Shown here one piece after another: positions 31,681 to 42,285 of a stretch of DNA of 64,000 bases. The first letter of the stretch is position 1. The number at the start of each line of letters is the position of its first letter. The position numbers were made by a program, and so were the translations under genes. The stretch comes from Tissierellia bacterium (GTDB lineage Bacteria; Bacillota; Clostridia; Tissierellales; Peptoniphilaceae): assembly GCA_030540635.1 (NCBI GenBank), contig JAUNVW010000001.1, forward strand, positions 17,973 through 81,972. The letters are read 5' to 3'. Under the pieces are notes generated by a model. The model ran no database searches and was not told where the DNA came from. It was given only the letters and a program-made list of their open reading frames with translations.

Positions 31681-32913
31681 TTATTCTTTCAAACTTAGTT
31701 TTGGTGCTTTATCTTCTTCAATACACTCTCTGGTAATGGTTACCTCTTCCACATCATCTCGCGATGGAATTTCAAACATAATATCCATTAAGGTATCTTC
31801 AATGATCGAACGTAATCCTCGAGCCCCCGTTTTCCTTTCATATGCCTTATCCGCGATGGCATCTAAAGCATCTTTATCAAAATCCAAATGAACATTGTCC
31901 ATTTTAAACAATTCTTGATATTGTTTCACAATGGCGTTTTTAGGCTCAAGTAATATACGAACTAAGGATTCGCGATCTAATTCTTCCAAGGTGACAATTA
32001 CCGGTATACGTCCAACAAATTCTGGAATCAATCCATATTTTAGTAAATCTTCAGGACGTAAATCCTTTAGCATTTGTCCGATTTTATCTTGTTTATGATA
32101 AGGAATATTGGCACCAAATCCAATTCCTTTCGATTCTTTTCTCTGTTCAATAATATCTTCAATTCCTTCAAAAGCACCGCCAACGATAAATAAAATATTT
32201 GTCGTATCTACTTGGATATATTCTTGTTGCGGATGTTTACGTCCTCCCTGGGGGGGGATATTCGCAACCATTCCTTCGATAATTTTTAATAGCGCTTGTT
32301 GAACACCTTCGCCACTAACATCTCGAGTGATGGAAGGATTGTCCGATTTTCTCGTAATTTTATCAATTTCATCAATATATATAATCCCTTTTTCTGCCCG
32401 TTCAATATCATAATCAGCAGCTTGGACTAATTTTAAGATTACATTCTCCACATCTTCTCCAACATAACCCGCTTCAGTCAAGGATGTGGCATCGGCTATT
32501 GCAAAAGGAACATCTAGTATCTTGGCTAATGTTTGAGCCAATAGTGTTTTGCCTGAACCCGTAGGTCCCATTAGGAGAATATTTGATTTGCTTAACTCCA
32601 CATCGGAATGCAAATGGGACAATATTCGTTTATAATGATTGTAAACCGCTACCGATAATGCTTTTTTGGCGTCTTCTTGTTGAATAACAAAATCATCGAG
32701 AATTTGTTTAATTTCCTTTGGTTTTGGTAAATTTTTTAAACTTTCCGGTAATTGAGACCCGTCTTCTTCACTGATGATATCACTACACAGTTCAACGCAT
32801 TCATTGCAAATAAAAACATTTGGTCCTGCAATAATTCTTTTTACATTATCACTGGATTTTCCGCAAAACGAACAGCGTATCACTTGTTCTTTTTGTTTTT
32901 CATTATGATCCAT
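31681..32913 (-). CDS. clpX: ATP-dependent Clp protease ATP-binding subunit ClpX
   Basis: Zinc finger CSFCGK..CNEC, Walker [12 protein letters not shown]-like loop. Confidence 0.95.
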   Translation of the reverse strand: MDHNEKQKEQVIRCSFCGKSSDNVKRIIAGPNVFICNECVELCSDIISEEDGSQLPESLKNLPKPKEIKQILDDFVIQQEDAKKALSVAVYNHYKRILSHLHSDVELSKSNILLMGPTGSGKTLLAQTLAKILDVPFAIADATSLTEAGYVGEDVENVILKLVQAADYDIERAEKGIIYIDEIDKITRKSDNPSITRDVSGEGVQQALLKIIEGMVANIPPQGGRKHPQQEYIQVDTTNILFIVGGAFEGIEDIIEQRKESKGIGFGANIPYHKQDKIGQMLKDLRPEDLLKYGLIPEFVGRIPVIVTLEELDRESLVRILLEPKNAIVKQYQELFKMDNVHLDFDKDALDAIADKAYERKTGARGLRSIIEDTLMDIMFEIPSRDDVEEVTITRECIEEDKAPKLSLKE

Positions 32914-32920
32914 TGGCTAT

Positions 32921-33505
32921 CTAATCCCTATTCTCAATTACAGAATCAATTAAACCATATTCTTTTGCTTCAGTAGCTGACATATAAAAGTCTCGATCCG
33001 TATCCACCTTAATTTTGTCTAAAGGTTGCCCGGTTTTTTCTGCCAGTATTTGATTTAACTGCTCCCTTGTTTTTTCAATCTTTGCCGCTTGGATGCGGAT
33101 ATCTTCCGCTTGTCCTTGAGCACCTCCCAAAGGTTGATGAATCATCATATCGGCATTTGGAAGTGCAAACCGCTTACCTTTTGTCCCAGCAGTTAGTAAG
33201 ACTGCCCCCATGGAAGCCGCTAGACCAACACATATTGTCGAAACATCTGGTTTGACATATTGCATCGTATCATAAATCGCAAGACCTGCGGATACTGAGC
33301 CTCCTGGGGAATTAATATACATTTGTATATCTTTATTTGGATCTTCACTTTCTAGAAATAATAATTGTGCCACAATAAGATCTGCCATGGTATCATTGAC
33401 TTCACCTGTGACAAATATAATTCGATCTTTCAATAAACGAGAAAAAATATCATAGGATCTTTCTCCTCGATTGGTTTGTTCTACGACCATAGGCACTAAT
33501 GCCAT
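32921..33505 (-). CDS. clpP: ATP-dependent Clp protease proteolytic subunit
   Basis: 194 aa. Catalytic Ser context GLAASMGA and His context MIHQP. Confidence 0.95.
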   Translation of the reverse strand: MALVPMVVEQTNRGERSYDIFSRLLKDRIIFVTGEVNDTMADLIVAQLLFLESEDPNKDIQMYINSPGGSVSAGLAIYDTMQYVKPDVSTICVGLAASMGAVLLTAGTKGKRFALPNADMMIHQPLGGAQGQAEDIRIQAAKIEKTREQLNQILAEKTGQPLDKIKVDTDRDFYMSATEAKEYGLIDSVIENRD

Positions 33506-33529
33506 AGTATCCCTTCTTTCCTTTGAATA

Positions 33530-34855
33530 TTATTCTTCGTCGGATTTTTCGTCGTTTTCTTCATCCATTATTGAATACTTTACCATTTCAACTAATTGAT
33601 CAATGGCTTTTCGTTTCTTCGCTTCTTCAATAAAGGAATCCATGTCTTCCATCATATGTTCTTTCATATGATCCCTTTGATCTTCTGGATAATTTTGCGC
33701 AAATTCATCCATTAATTCTTTTGCTTCTTCTTCTGTTGCTTCAATATTTTCCTTATCGATAAAAGCTCGTAAAGCTAAATCATTTTTAATGGTTTGTTCT
33801 GCCTGTGGTTTTAATTCTTCTTTTGCTTCATCAGCAGATTTACCCATCATTTGCAGATATTGTTCCATGGGAATGCCCATATTTTGAAGTTGATATCCCA
33901 TTTTTTGAAATTCACTGTCGGCTTCACGGTCAATCATAGATGCAGGAATTTCTACTTCGAACTTTTCTGCTAAAGATTCCACTGCTTTATTTTCTTTTTC
34001 AATCTTTTCTCTTTGATCCATATCTTTTTGAATCTGTTTTTTTACATCGTCTTTATACTCGTCTAAAGTATCAAATTCTGAGATATCTTTTACAAATTCA
34101 TCATCGAGCTCTGGACGCACTTTTTCTTGGAGACCATTTAATTTAACTTTAAAGACAACATCTTCACCGGCCAAAGATTCTTCATGATAATCTTCGGGGA
34201 AAGTGACGTTTACATCAAATTCATCGCCAATCTTCTTTTCTATAATTTGATCTTCAAAACCAGGGATAAAAGTGTTCGAACCTAAGACGATATCGTAGTC
34301 CGTAGCTTCGCCACCTTCAAATACCTCATCATTGTGATAACCTTTGAAATCAATATTTGCAGTATCGCCTTCTTTTGCTCCTCGATCGTCAATATTGACA
34401 AGTCGAGAGTTCTCTTCTAATTGCTGATCAATTACTCGCTGTATATCTTCTTCTTTAACGTCGTAATTATGAACTTCTGCTTCTAAATCCGAATAATCTC
34501 CCAATTGACCTTCCGGCATAACGTCAACTTCAAAAGTTACTTTAATTGGTGATTCTTCCTTAATTTCATCAACATCAACGGAAGGTTGATCTACGGGTTG
34601 TAGCTCAAGCTCATCAATGGCGTCTTCATACATTTCTGGAATTAATGCATTTAATGCATCTTCATAAAATACTTCTTTCCCATAATTTAATTCAACAATT
34701 TTTTTAGGTACTTTTCCTTTTCGGAATCCTGGAACCGAAAAGTATTTTCGATTCTTTTTGTAAACTTCATCAATAGATTCCTCAAATTTATTATGGGGTA
34801 TTTCAACTGTAAATACCGCTTTATTTTTTTCTTTTGTTACTAAAACTGCGCTCAT
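33530..34855 (-). CDS. tig: Trigger factor
   Basis: 441 aa. Ribosome-binding motif GFRKGKVP, an FKBP-like middle domain and an acidic C-terminus. Confidence 0.92.
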   Translation of the reverse strand: MSAVLVTKEKNKAVFTVEIPHNKFEESIDEVYKKNRKYFSVPGFRKGKVPKKIVELNYGKEVFYEDALNALIPEMYEDAIDELELQPVDQPSVDVDEIKEESPIKVTFEVDVMPEGQLGDYSDLEAEVHNYDVKEEDIQRVIDQQLEENSRLVNIDDRGAKEGDTANIDFKGYHNDEVFEGGEATDYDIVLGSNTFIPGFEDQIIEKKIGDEFDVNVTFPEDYHEESLAGEDVVFKVKLNGLQEKVRPELDDEFVKDISEFDTLDEYKDDVKKQIQKDMDQREKIEKENKAVESLAEKFEVEIPASMIDREADSEFQKMGYQLQNMGIPMEQYLQMMGKSADEAKEELKPQAEQTIKNDLALRAFIDKENIEATEEEAKELMDEFAQNYPEDQRDHMKEHMMEDMDSFIEEAKKRKAIDQLVEMVKYSIMDEENDEKSDEE

Positions 34856-35008
34856 AAAAAAACCTCCTAGCGTTATTATAAGATTTATCTAATTAATTAT
34901 ACCATATTTTAAGGCTTATAAACATTTTTTTCGATTTTTAAAGGAATTTTCCTTCATATTTCATTAAAATATCATCATTTAGACCATAAATTCAATTTTT
35001 ACATGAAA

Positions 35009-35038
35009 ATACCCTGAAAATGAATATTTCCAGGGTAT
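35009..35038. terminator. Hairpin terminator after the amidase gene
   Basis: 8-bp stem ATACCCTG / CAGGGTAT, with A- and T-rich flanks. Confidence 0.55.
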
Positions 35039-35043
35039 ATTTT

Positions 35044-37380
35044 TTATTTCGTATATCCAAAATAATCGGCGATTGCCTTTGCTTCAGCTTTTGCCAATCT
35101 CATGCGAAATGATTTGTCGCGTAATTTACTGGCATCTGTAGGATTAGTATGGAATCCATGTTCCATTAACATCGCATAATGGGCTTTACTATGGCGTAAT
35201 ACCGCATAATAGTTTGATTTTGTGGTTTGATTATACCATTTATATTTTACGCCGCGATTTCTATGGCCAAAGGTTTTGGAAACAGAGTTAACGATAGCTT
35301 GTGCCAATGGTTTGTTCGGCGTACATACATCATCGTATATTTCTGATCCTCGAACTCCTGAGCTACTTGTTGCGTTGGAATGGATGGATAACAACAAATC
35401 ATATCCCGAGCCCATTCCCCCCCTTGCTTTTAATCCTGGATTATCTTTTACTGATTGACGAGTCATGCCAACTTTAAAGCCATAAGCTTCTAGTTCTTTC
35501 TTCAATTCTAACGAAAGATAATAATTACTTTCCCCTTCTGTCCAACCAATAAATCCTCTTTGATCTTTCTCTCCATGACCGGGATCTAATAAAATTCGTA
35601 TCGGAGAATGAGGTTTAAACGGTTTTGGGGGTAAACAGTTGTTTACAATTTTAGGTTTTTCATCGGGCTTTTTATTCGGATCCGGCCTTGATTCCGGATT
35701 AACCTCCGGCTTGATTTCCGGTTTTAGTTCGGGTTTTGGTTCCGGCTTTGGCTCGGGCTTATTTATTTCTTTCTTAATAAAAGATGATAAAGTCGTAAAT
35801 AAATTATCAGATAATGAATATTTACCACCCAGCAAGTAAATATCTGATATTTTATTATTTAGTATGAATTGTTGGGCACCTTTTGATAAAGCATTTGAAT
35901 CTGACAAAATGATCGGGGCATTTAACGAAGCCGCAAAAACTCCACCGGCCAGTGCATCTGGAAAATCTTGACCATTAGCAAAAATTGCTACATCACTTTT
36001 TTGATAGAATTGACGAGCAATCGCTAAGGATGTTTCATAACGATTTTTACCGTTAATTCTTTTTGTTTTTATACCAGATTGTTGTAATTGCTTTTCTGCC
36101 TTTTCACTAATAGAACCAAATCCACCGATAAGTATGGTTTCATTAAATCCACCGGCTTTTAGATATTTTAAAGTTTCATTATTTAATTGTCGATGATCTG
36201 TATAAAGAATTGGATATGCGTTTTTTGCACTATAAGGCGCAATGGATAAAGCGTCGGGAAAATCGTGGGCATTGGCTAATATTGCCGTGTGCTGATGGCT
36301 ACTTTCCCGCAAAGCTTTCGATAACGCAATTGCTGTGCCATAGCGATTATTTCCTCTTATTCGCTTTACAATATAGCCCGCCTTTCGCAAACTTTCATCT
36401 ACACTAGTATGAATAACAGAATTTCCACCAACAATATAAATATTTTTTGCTTCTAATCTCTTTATTTCATTCATGCTGTTTGGATGAATTGATTTTCCAT
36501 CGGAAAATAATATGGGGCCATTTATTTGATACGCCAATGCACCCGCTGTTAATGCATCGGGGAAAGATTTTCCACTTACTAAGATAACATTATTCGCACG
36601 CTTATGGGTTTTTTGACTAATTGTTATTGCTGTTTGATAACGATTAGATCCACTTAGACGTTCTACAAAATCCATTGATGACAACACTTGATGCTCTATT
36701 CCTGAAAGTTGTGCATAATCGACATTACATAAATTACCTGTAATCTGTACCTGAAGATCCATGATCTCATGTTCGCCTTGTAATCGAATTTGATACTTTC
36801 CAGATCCATAACTCCCGAGATCGGATTGATCCGTTGTTGTAGATAATCCATCATTATATACATGGATCTCATCTTTTCCATCGACGATAACCGAGTACTG
36901 TTCAAATTCTCCATTGGCGTCTAATAATTTGATTTTTCCAAATAAATCGATAAAATCATTGGCCGTAATCTCATCATTTCCTTGACGGTCGATTAAAAAG
37001 TATTCATTTTTTCCATAATGCTCCGTCACTGATGTATAAACTTCAAATTCCATCAAATCGATGGGCTTTTTTCCAATTTTAGAAATAGAATATGTTCCTA
37101 CTTCTTCTGCTGGAATATGAATGAAATAAAATCCAGATTCTTCGGCTTCATAATCTTCGACAACCGGAAGATATAATTCCTCCCCAGAAGGCTTTATAAT
37201 AAGAGCTTCTTCACCTTCATCTATTTCTCCTGTCATTTGTACGGTCACCGTATTGCCGATAAATGCTTCTTTTCGATTGATTGTTAGATTATTTTCCATT
37301 TCTGCAAAAGCTTGACTTTGATGAAATACCATTGAAACAAGTATAAGTAATAGTATTGTAATTAACTTTTTCGACTGCAT
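35044..37380 (-). CDS. Secreted cell-wall protein: N-terminal unknown domain, 3 CWB2 repeats, Pro/Glu/Lys linker, N-acetylmuramoyl-L-alanine amidase (Amidase_3)
   Basis: Signal peptide ..SQAFA. Three repeats of the type GxNRYxTAxxIS..DFPDAL. C-terminal LLDPGHGEKD...LLLSIHSNA is the amidase_3 signature. Confidence 0.85.
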   Translation of the reverse strand: MQSKKLITILLLILVSMVFHQSQAFAEMENNLTINRKEAFIGNTVTVQMTGEIDEGEEALIIKPSGEELYLPVVEDYEAEESGFYFIHIPAEEVGTYSISKIGKKPIDLMEFEVYTSVTEHYGKNEYFLIDRQGNDEITANDFIDLFGKIKLLDANGEFEQYSVIVDGKDEIHVYNDGLSTTTDQSDLGSYGSGKYQIRLQGEHEIMDLQVQITGNLCNVDYAQLSGIEHQVLSSMDFVERLSGSNRYQTAITISQKTHKRANNVILVSGKSFPDALTAGALAYQINGPILFSDGKSIHPNSMNEIKRLEAKNIYIVGGNSVIHTSVDESLRKAGYIVKRIRGNNRYGTAIALSKALRESSHQHTAILANAHDFPDALSIAPYSAKNAYPILYTDHRQLNNETLKYLKAGGFNETILIGGFGSISEKAEKQLQQSGIKTKRINGKNRYETSLAIARQFYQKSDVAIFANGQDFPDALAGGVFAASLNAPIILSDSNALSKGAQQFILNNKISDIYLLGGKYSLSDNLFTTLSSFIKKEINKPEPKPEPKPELKPEIKPEVNPESRPDPNKKPDEKPKIVNNCLPPKPFKPHSPIRILLDPGHGEKDQRGFIGWTEGESNYYLSLELKKELEAYGFKVGMTRQSVKDNPGLKARGGMGSGYDLLLSIHSNATSSSGVRGSEIYDDVCTPNKPLAQAIVNSVSKTFGHRNRGVKYKWYNQTTKSNYYAVLRHSKAHYAMLMEHGFHTNPTDASKLRDKSFRMRLAKAEAKAIADYFGYTK
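35680..35762 (-). repeat. Short tandem repeat encoding the (PEPK)n-like linker
   Basis: Degenerate 6/12-nt periodicity (GGTTTTGGTTCCGGCTTTGGCTCGGGCTT) encoding KPEPKPEPKPELKPEIKPEVNPESRPDP. Confidence 0.7.
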
Positions 37381-37500
37381 CTGACATCCCTTTCTCTGTA
37401 TTTCCTCCCATTTGCATTTTAATTATAACCTATCTCCTCATGAATGTGAATAGGAATATTACAAAATGATTACAATTTTTCAATTTTTCCATTATAATTA

Positions 37501-37529
37501 TTGATATCTTCACATTTTTTGTATATAAT
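37501..37529 (+). promoter_or_regulatory. Near-consensus sigma-A promoter of the AraC-type gene
   Basis: TTGATA, 17-nt spacer, TATAAT. Confidence 0.55.
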
Positions 37530-37560
37530 GATACTGATAATAAATCTCAAGGAGTAGATT

Positions 37561-38226
37561 ATGGAGCTATATGAAGATCGCTTAATCCGGGCGGTGTGTT
37601 ATAAAGATTATCACGACGCAAAAATTCAAACGGAAAAAATACTGGATATGATCAAGATGCGTCAAAAGGGATTTGATTACTTTAAAAATTACCTTTTCGA
37701 ATTCAATGGAATATTTTATTGGAATATTCATAAGGATTTGAAAGATGATAAAGCAAGAAAGGAAAATCTAAATACGAGAAATTATTATACATCAGAAATA
37801 GCAAAGAGTGAAAATATCCATGATTTGGAAAAGATCTTCCACCAAATGATTAAATATTACTCGACAACTTATGATCGGATCATTAAAGATTGTTTGGATC
37901 CCGTTGTAAGAGAAATTCTAATTTATATTCATCATAATTCGGATAAAAAAATATCCTTAATGGTATTGTCCGATAAATTTAATATTAGTAAATCTTATCT
38001 CTCTGTCCTATTATCGAATAATACCAAGATGAGTTTACCAGAATTAATTCGTTATTTTCGAATGAAAAAAGCAATCACGTTTCTTAAAAACAGTTCATAT
38101 AGTATTGAGGATATCGCAAAGAAAGTAGGATATACCTCCTGTTCCTATTTTTGTTCTCAATTTAAAGATGTTTATCAACTGACACCGATGAATTATCGAC
38201 ATATTTATGATCATCAACGCTATTGA
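37561..38226 (+). CDS. AraC-family transcriptional regulator
   Basis: C-terminal double HTH (ISLMVLSDKFNISKSYLSVLL ... IEDIAKKVGYTSCSYFCSQFK). Confidence 0.8.
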   Translation: MELYEDRLIRAVCYKDYHDAKIQTEKILDMIKMRQKGFDYFKNYLFEFNGIFYWNIHKDLKDDKARKENLNTRNYYTSEIAKSENIHDLEKIFHQMIKYYSTTYDRIIKDCLDPVVREILIYIHHNSDKKISLMVLSDKFNISKSYLSVLLSNNTKMSLPELIRYFRMKKAITFLKNSSYSIEDIAKKVGYTSCSYFCSQFKDVYQLTPMNYRHIYDHQRY

Positions 38227-38311
38227 TCATAACACTTAGAAAAGCTTTGTGATGGTATTGATATTGCATATAAAGTAATATTATGTTATTATTTTAACTG
38301 GGAGGGATCAT

Positions 38312-39655
38312 ATGAAAACTATGCAGAAAAAGAGTAATCTTTATCAATTGGAAGGGCGCGTTCCTATAAAAACGGCTATTCCTTTAGGTCTACAGCATGT
38401 TTTAGCAATGTACGCAGGGAACTTAGCGCCTTTATTGGTTATTAGTGGCGTTATTGGAATGAAAAATGAAATTCTCATCGAATTATTACAAAATGCGATG
38501 TTTATCGCAGGAATTGCTACTTTAGTTCAACTATACCCCATTTGGAAAATCGGATCGGGTCTACCAACTGTAATGGGAACGAGTTCAGGTTTTATTCCTG
38601 CAGGAATCGCCGTTGGAACAAGTTTAGGCTATCCTGCTATATTAGGCGCTTCTCTTATTGGCGGAGTTCTAGAATTTTTACTGGGTTTTATTGTTAAACC
38701 TTTGCGAAAAATATTGCCCCATGTGGTTACAGGTACAGTTGTTACAACCCTTGGTATTTCGCTTATCTCCGTCGGAATCGAATTTATTGCCGGAGGCGTT
38801 GGAGCCTCTTCTGATCCCAATTACGGATCATATAAAAATTTACTTATGGGCTTATTCGTCTTTGTACTTATTATATTATTGCAACAGAGTAAGAATTCCG
38901 TCGTCAAAGTTTCTTCCATCTTAATTGGCTTGATTATTGGTTATATCGTGTCTTTTGCTTTCAATATGGTGGATTTAACGCCGGTAAAAGATGCACCATG
39001 GATTGGCTTTCCAAAACCAATATTCTTAATTGATGGTCTTCATTATCATTTTGATCTTACGGCGATCATTCCCTTTATATTAGTATTTCTTGCAACCACT
39101 GTTGAAACCATTGGTGATAATACAGGCATTGCCATGGGTGGTTTAAAAAGAGATATCACCGATGAGGAATTACAAGGAGCCGTTCACGCCGACGGTTTTG
39201 GCTCGATTATTGCCACAGTTTTTGGCGTTATGCCCAATACTTCTTTTAGTCAAAATGTTGGGCTTATCGGCATGACGAAAGTCGTCAATCGCTTTACCAT
39301 TATGACCGGCGCTGTGTTCCTTATTCTTTGTTCTTTTTTTCCAAAATTGGGAGCATTAATTTCAACCATACCAAATTCTGTACTCGGTGGCGGTGTTCTA
39401 TTGATGTTTGCCATGATAACCATGAGCGGATTAAATCTATTATTTGATAAAGGATTCATCAGCGATCGAGAAGCACTAATTGTAGCTGCATCTTTAGGTG
39501 TTGCCTTTGGATTATCTAATGTACCAGAAGTTATGCGCTATTTGCCCCAATGGTTTCAAACAATCTTCAGTCAAGCCATCGTCGGCGCTTTTGTTACATC
39601 CGTGTTATTAAATTTAATATTACCGAAGGAGCTATCAAACAAATCTCAGAATTGA
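38312..39655 (+). CDS. NCS2-family nucleobase (xanthine/uracil) permease
   Basis: 447 aa, about 12-14 TM segments. LGLQHVLAMYAGN and SFSQNVGLIGMT are typical of NCS2. Confidence 0.85.
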   Translation: MKTMQKKSNLYQLEGRVPIKTAIPLGLQHVLAMYAGNLAPLLVISGVIGMKNEILIELLQNAMFIAGIATLVQLYPIWKIGSGLPTVMGTSSGFIPAGIAVGTSLGYPAILGASLIGGVLEFLLGFIVKPLRKILPHVVTGTVVTTLGISLISVGIEFIAGGVGASSDPNYGSYKNLLMGLFVFVLIILLQQSKNSVVKVSSILIGLIIGYIVSFAFNMVDLTPVKDAPWIGFPKPIFLIDGLHYHFDLTAIIPFILVFLATTVETIGDNTGIAMGGLKRDITDEELQGAVHADGFGSIIATVFGVMPNTSFSQNVGLIGMTKVVNRFTIMTGAVFLILCSFFPKLGALISTIPNSVLGGGVLLMFAMITMSGLNLLFDKGFISDREALIVAASLGVAFGLSNVPEVMRYLPQWFQTIFSQAIVGAFVTSVLLNLILPKELSNKSQN

Positions 39656-39662
39656 GATAAAA

Positions 39663-39705
39663 AGTATCCCCGAGATTGTAATCTCGGGGATACTTTTGCT
39701 TTTTT
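39663..39705 (+). terminator. Intrinsic terminator after the permease gene
   Basis: 14-bp stem AGTATCCCCGAGAT / ATCTCGGGGATACT followed by a T-run. Confidence 0.85.
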
Positions 39706-39712
39706 TTATATT

Positions 39713-39850
39713 TTATTTTTTGTAGTTCTTACTTTGAGGACATGAATTACTTCCACAATCACAGCTTCCTTTTTCTCGGACATTTTTAATTGCAAATATT
39801 ACAATCGCAATTAAAACAAGTAATACGACCATAGTCCCAATGGATGGCAT
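39713..39850 (-). CDS. FeoB-associated Cys-rich small membrane protein (45 aa, below the ORF-track cutoff)
   Basis: My translation gives MPSIGTMVVLLVLIAIVIFAIKNVREKGSCDCGSNSCPQSKNYKK: one TM segment plus a CxCxxxxC tail, 15 nt downstream of feoB. Confidence 0.65.
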   Translation of the reverse strand: MPSIGTMVVLLVLIAIVIFAIKNVREKGSCDCGSNSCPQSKNYKK

Positions 39851-39865
39851 AGGCTCATCCCCTTC

Positions 39866-42019
39866 CTAAGATTCAACGGAACGTTTTGATTGTACCGTTC
39901 CTTTGTATCGATCTTTACGAACCATTAAATAAATCATACCTAATAATATGGCAATCGCAATACCAGTACTAACGTTAAATGCTTCTTTTAATACGAGTAT
40001 ACGACCAAATTGATAAATCATGAATGCAAAGGCATAGGAAAAGACAATTTGATACCCGATGGCAAACAATGTCCATTTCCGATCTTGCATTTCTTCTTTA
40101 ATTGCACCTACTGCCGCAAAACAAGGTACCGTTAATTGATTGAAAACCATGAAACTCATGGCTGTAACCGTTGTAAAACCAAGACCATTGATGAGGTATT
40201 GAGAAATATCTGATTCCGCCGCTGTTTCTCCTAAGGATGCCATAACACCAAAAGTACCAACGACAACTTCTTTTGCAACTAAGCCTAAAAAAGTTGCAAC
40301 AGCAGAAGGTCCATTTCCAAATCCAAGGGGTGCAAATAAGGGCGCAATAGCATTTCCAATATAAGTTAAGAACGCCGTACCTGCAGAATCTTCATCGATA
40401 TAAGCTAAGGATCCATTTTCTATTCCTAAGTGTTGTAATATCCAAACGGCGATTACGGATAATAGGATAATTGTACCTGCTTTTCGTAAAAATTGCTTAA
40501 TTCGATCCCATGTAACACGTAAGATATTGGATACCATAGGTCGATGATATGATGGAAGTTCCATAACAAATGGAGCTGGTTCTCCGGCAAACATCGATGT
40601 TTTCTTTAGGATTAATCCAGAGATTATAACTGCTCCAATACCAATAAAGTAGCATAAAGGTGCAATCCACCATTTGTTTAATATAACCGCTGTAAACAAA
40701 GCGATAATTTCAACTTTTGCACCACAGGGCATAAATGATGCAATAATAATTGTCATACGCCGATCATTGTCGTTTTCTATGGTTCGTGTTGCAGTAATCC
40801 CCGGCACAGAACAACCTGTTCCAATTAGTATGGGGATAAAAGATTTACCCGACAAACCAAATCGACGAAATGCACGATCTAAAATAAAAGCAATTCGACT
40901 CATATAGCCGATATCTTCTAAAATTGCAATAAATAACTGTAATGTCGCAATAATCGGTAAGAAACCAATGACTGCACCGACACCACCAATAATCCCTTCA
41001 CCAATGAGGGAGGATAACCAGTCAGCTACACCAATATTCCCTAAAAATCCAGAGACGGCATCGGGAATAGTTTCTCCCCATAATTCATCGGCCCAGAAAT
41101 CCGTAATATCTCCACCAACAATACTTATGGCAATGTAATAAATTACAAACATAACAAGGGCAAATATCGGCATTGCCAACCAACGATTGGTCACAATGCG
41201 GTCGATTTTATCTGTCGTTGTTAAGCCTTCTCGACCTTTTTTTACTGAATCTTGGACGATTCTTGCGATGTATTGATAGCGATCACCTACGACAATGGAT
41301 TCTCCATCATCATCAAGTTCTTCTTCTAATGCATGGACCAATTCACGGACTTTACTCCGTTCTTTAGCCGTAATATTCATGTTTTCCAACGCTTTATCAT
41401 CATTTTCTAAAACTTTAATCGCAAACCAACGCGCTTTTGGATTATCTTTTAATCCTTCAATATGGTCTTCAATTTCTATCAATTTATGTTCGACTTCTGG
41501 CGAGAATGCATCGATAGGTTTGATCGAATCTTTTTTCGCTTCTTTGACGGCAACATCGATGACTTTATCAATATTTTTACGATGTAATGCTGATATTTCT
41601 ACAATGGGACAGCCTAAATGCTTTTCCATCGCTTTTATATCCACTTGATCTTTGTTTTTTTCCACAAGATCCATCATATTAAAAGCTAAGACCATAGGTA
41701 TACCAATTTCGGACAATTGGGTGGCTAAATATAAATTCCGTTCAATATTTGTCGCATCGATAATATCAATAATTACATCTGGTGTTTCATTGATTAAATA
41801 ATCTCTTGTAACGACTTCTTCTAGTGTGTATGGAGATAATGAATATACCCCAGGTAAATCGATGATCTCAATCTCTTTATTTTTGCGATAATAACCGCTT
41901 TTTTTCTCAACAGTAACCCCCGGCCAGTTCCCGACATACTGATTACTACCGGTTAAGCCATTAAATAGTGTTGTTTTACCACTATTAGGGTTTCCTGCAA
42001 GAGCAATACGTACTCCCAT
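39866..42019 (-). CDS. feoB: Ferrous iron transporter FeoB
   Basis: N-terminal GTPase GNPNSGKTTLFN and DLPG, with a polytopic C-terminal permease. Confidence 0.95.
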   Translation of the reverse strand: MGVRIALAGNPNSGKTTLFNGLTGSNQYVGNWPGVTVEKKSGYYRKNKEIEIIDLPGVYSLSPYTLEEVVTRDYLINETPDVIIDIIDATNIERNLYLATQLSEIGIPMVLAFNMMDLVEKNKDQVDIKAMEKHLGCPIVEISALHRKNIDKVIDVAVKEAKKDSIKPIDAFSPEVEHKLIEIEDHIEGLKDNPKARWFAIKVLENDDKALENMNITAKERSKVRELVHALEEELDDDGESIVVGDRYQYIARIVQDSVKKGREGLTTTDKIDRIVTNRWLAMPIFALVMFVIYYIAISIVGGDITDFWADELWGETIPDAVSGFLGNIGVADWLSSLIGEGIIGGVGAVIGFLPIIATLQLFIAILEDIGYMSRIAFILDRAFRRFGLSGKSFIPILIGTGCSVPGITATRTIENDNDRRMTIIIASFMPCGAKVEIIALFTAVILNKWWIAPLCYFIGIGAVIISGLILKKTSMFAGEPAPFVMELPSYHRPMVSNILRVTWDRIKQFLRKAGTIILLSVIAVWILQHLGIENGSLAYIDEDSAGTAFLTYIGNAIAPLFAPLGFGNGPSAVATFLGLVAKEVVVGTFGVMASLGETAAESDISQYLINGLGFTTVTAMSFMVFNQLTVPCFAAVGAIKEEMQDRKWTLFAIGYQIVFSYAFAFMIYQFGRILVLKEAFNVSTGIAIAILLGMIYLMVRKDRYKGTVQSKRSVES

Positions 42020-42043
42020 TTTACCCTCCTTAAATTTTCTAAA

Positions 42044-42271
42044 CTAAATCTCTTCTACTTCTATGCAATCGGCATCTTGTTTTCTAATGCTTAATTCATA
42101 GCCCAATAAGCTGATTTGGATGGGATCTCCAAATGGTGCAACTTTTCGAACATATAATTCAACACCCTTTGTAACACCCATATCCATAATTCGTCGTTTT
42201 ACAGCGCCGGTACCATGAATTTTCTTAACCCGATAGTTTTTGCCGACCTCTACATTTCGTAACGTATTCAT
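42044..42271 (-). CDS. feoA: FeoA domain protein
   Basis: 75 aa, SH3-like FeoA pattern (RRIMDMGVTKG..V). Confidence 0.85.
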   Translation of the reverse strand: MNTLRNVEVGKNYRVKKIHGTGAVKRRIMDMGVTKGVELYVRKVAPFGDPIQISLLGYELSIRKQDADCIEVEEI

Positions 42272-42285
42272 AACCCTTCCCCTTC

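Noticed and set aside
35639-35839. A + strand ORF with the GFSSGFGSGFGSG repeat
   Set aside because: It is the antisense reading of the PEPK-type linker repeat of the amidase gene.
38227-38311. A purine/guanine riboswitch upstream of the NCS2 nucleobase permease
   Set aside because: The gap is only 85 nt and has none of the conserved purine-riboswitch loops (no TATAATCGCG..., no CCGTAAATGTCCGACTA-like segment). The adjacent AraC-type regulator is the more likely control.
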